The notes under the pieces: generated by a model
The model's database searches: none
What the model was told of the DNA's origin: nothing
The model's input: only the letters and a program-made list of their open reading frames with translations
Part shown: in pieces, positions 63,067 through 64,000 of the stretch
How positions within the stretch are numbered: the first letter of the stretch is position 1
How the letters are laid out: each line of letters starts with the position of its first letter
Translations under genes and position numbers: made by a program
Assembly: GCA_951406725.2 (NCBI GenBank)
Contig: OX597842.1
Coordinates: forward strand, 310,001-374,000
Length of the DNA: 64,000 nt
Direction: 5' to 3'
From: Octopus vulgaris
Taxonomy: Eukaryota

Positions 63067-64000
63067 AAGTGTGCTGTTATATATATATATATAAATATAT
63101 ATATACATACGTATATATATATATATTATATATATATACATACATATATATATACATACGTATATATATATATAAAAATATATATACACATACATACACA
63201 TATATATATGTATGTACACATACATACATACATACATATATATATATACACCCACACACATACATACATATGTGCTTCATGAGGACACAGCTTGGATTAT
63301 AAACCTATCTACTTACTATAAATATTTGTACACAATCACACGCACACACACATACACACACACACATATATATAATTTTACTGACAGTCACTTCCAAGTT
63401 TCGCCATTCCTTCCACATTCAAAGTATGAACTATGGAGTCACAGTAGCGAGCTTAAGTACCATTCTCTTCTTAAACAGAAGATAAGCAACTGTTTCAAAA
63501 GACGGGGATCAAAACCAATGAGGACAACATAGTGGTTATCATAGACTAGTTTGTGTCAAGTGGTCACAATGACATTCACAGAGAGTGCAGAGACCTTACA
63601 AACCCTATGCATATCAACACAACAGTTGGTCTATAAGTTCCAAGTACGTTGACACGTTAGAATAAAGGAAAAAATATAAATCTAAAATGTATTCAATTTG
63701 GAGAAAAAGACTATCACTTAATTATGAGTAGACATAATACTTACTAACTGGGGGAAAAATCTTATAAATCAAATGAACCTTTTATGGGTCAAAATATATA
63801 CTAAGAAAGATGGAAGAGGGACCTAGTTCTCCTAAAGCTGAATCTGTTCATCAAATAGTAGTAATTGACATTTAGTAGTGACAATGCTGTCTTCCACATA
63901 AATTCCTTATATGGAGCTCTGAAATCCCCTTTACCCCATTTCTATAATTAGAATACCTTTATTGTCTCCTTCAACTTATTCTTCCCTCTCACAGTAGTTT

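Noticed and set aside
63390-63620. Higher-complexity stretch near the right edge as a possible exon or TE fragment
   Set aside because: I could not find a convincing open frame, motif or paired splice sites.

Overview
Eukaryotic, AT-rich, repeat-dense DNA that is most likely from an octopus or other cephalopod. That assignment is an inference from the RTE LINEs with (ATG)n tails, tRNA-headed SINEs and abundant TA/AAT microsatellites. Most of the ORF track is noise. Spread across 1-49.7 kb on the + strand is a spliced, tandemly duplicated cell-surface protein locus built from symmetric phase-1 exons. It has a signal-peptide exon (27776-27821), ten 39-nt microexons (seven of them inside a 1.49-kb tandem array at 1-11.6 kb), four 249-nt divergent Ig-like exons (20280, 24064, 32638, 42629) and one terminal transmembrane exon (49558-49667). 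The downstream copy assembles into a complete 243-aa SP-Ig-Ig-TM ORF. Paralogous exons differ only at amino-acid-changing codons while their introns are about 95-100% identical, which suggests diversifying selection. The window also holds an intact RTE LINE (1050 aa, with a PHD-like finger), a second RTE with two nonsense codons, and an internally deleted RTE derivative. Several TA-flanked inverted-repeat elements carry type I hammerhead ribozyme motifs with palindromic stem III (Penelope-like). Smaller items include a Helitron, piggyBac-like MITEs, RLE-LINE fragments, SINEs and satellites. All calls are from manual reading; no database search was run.
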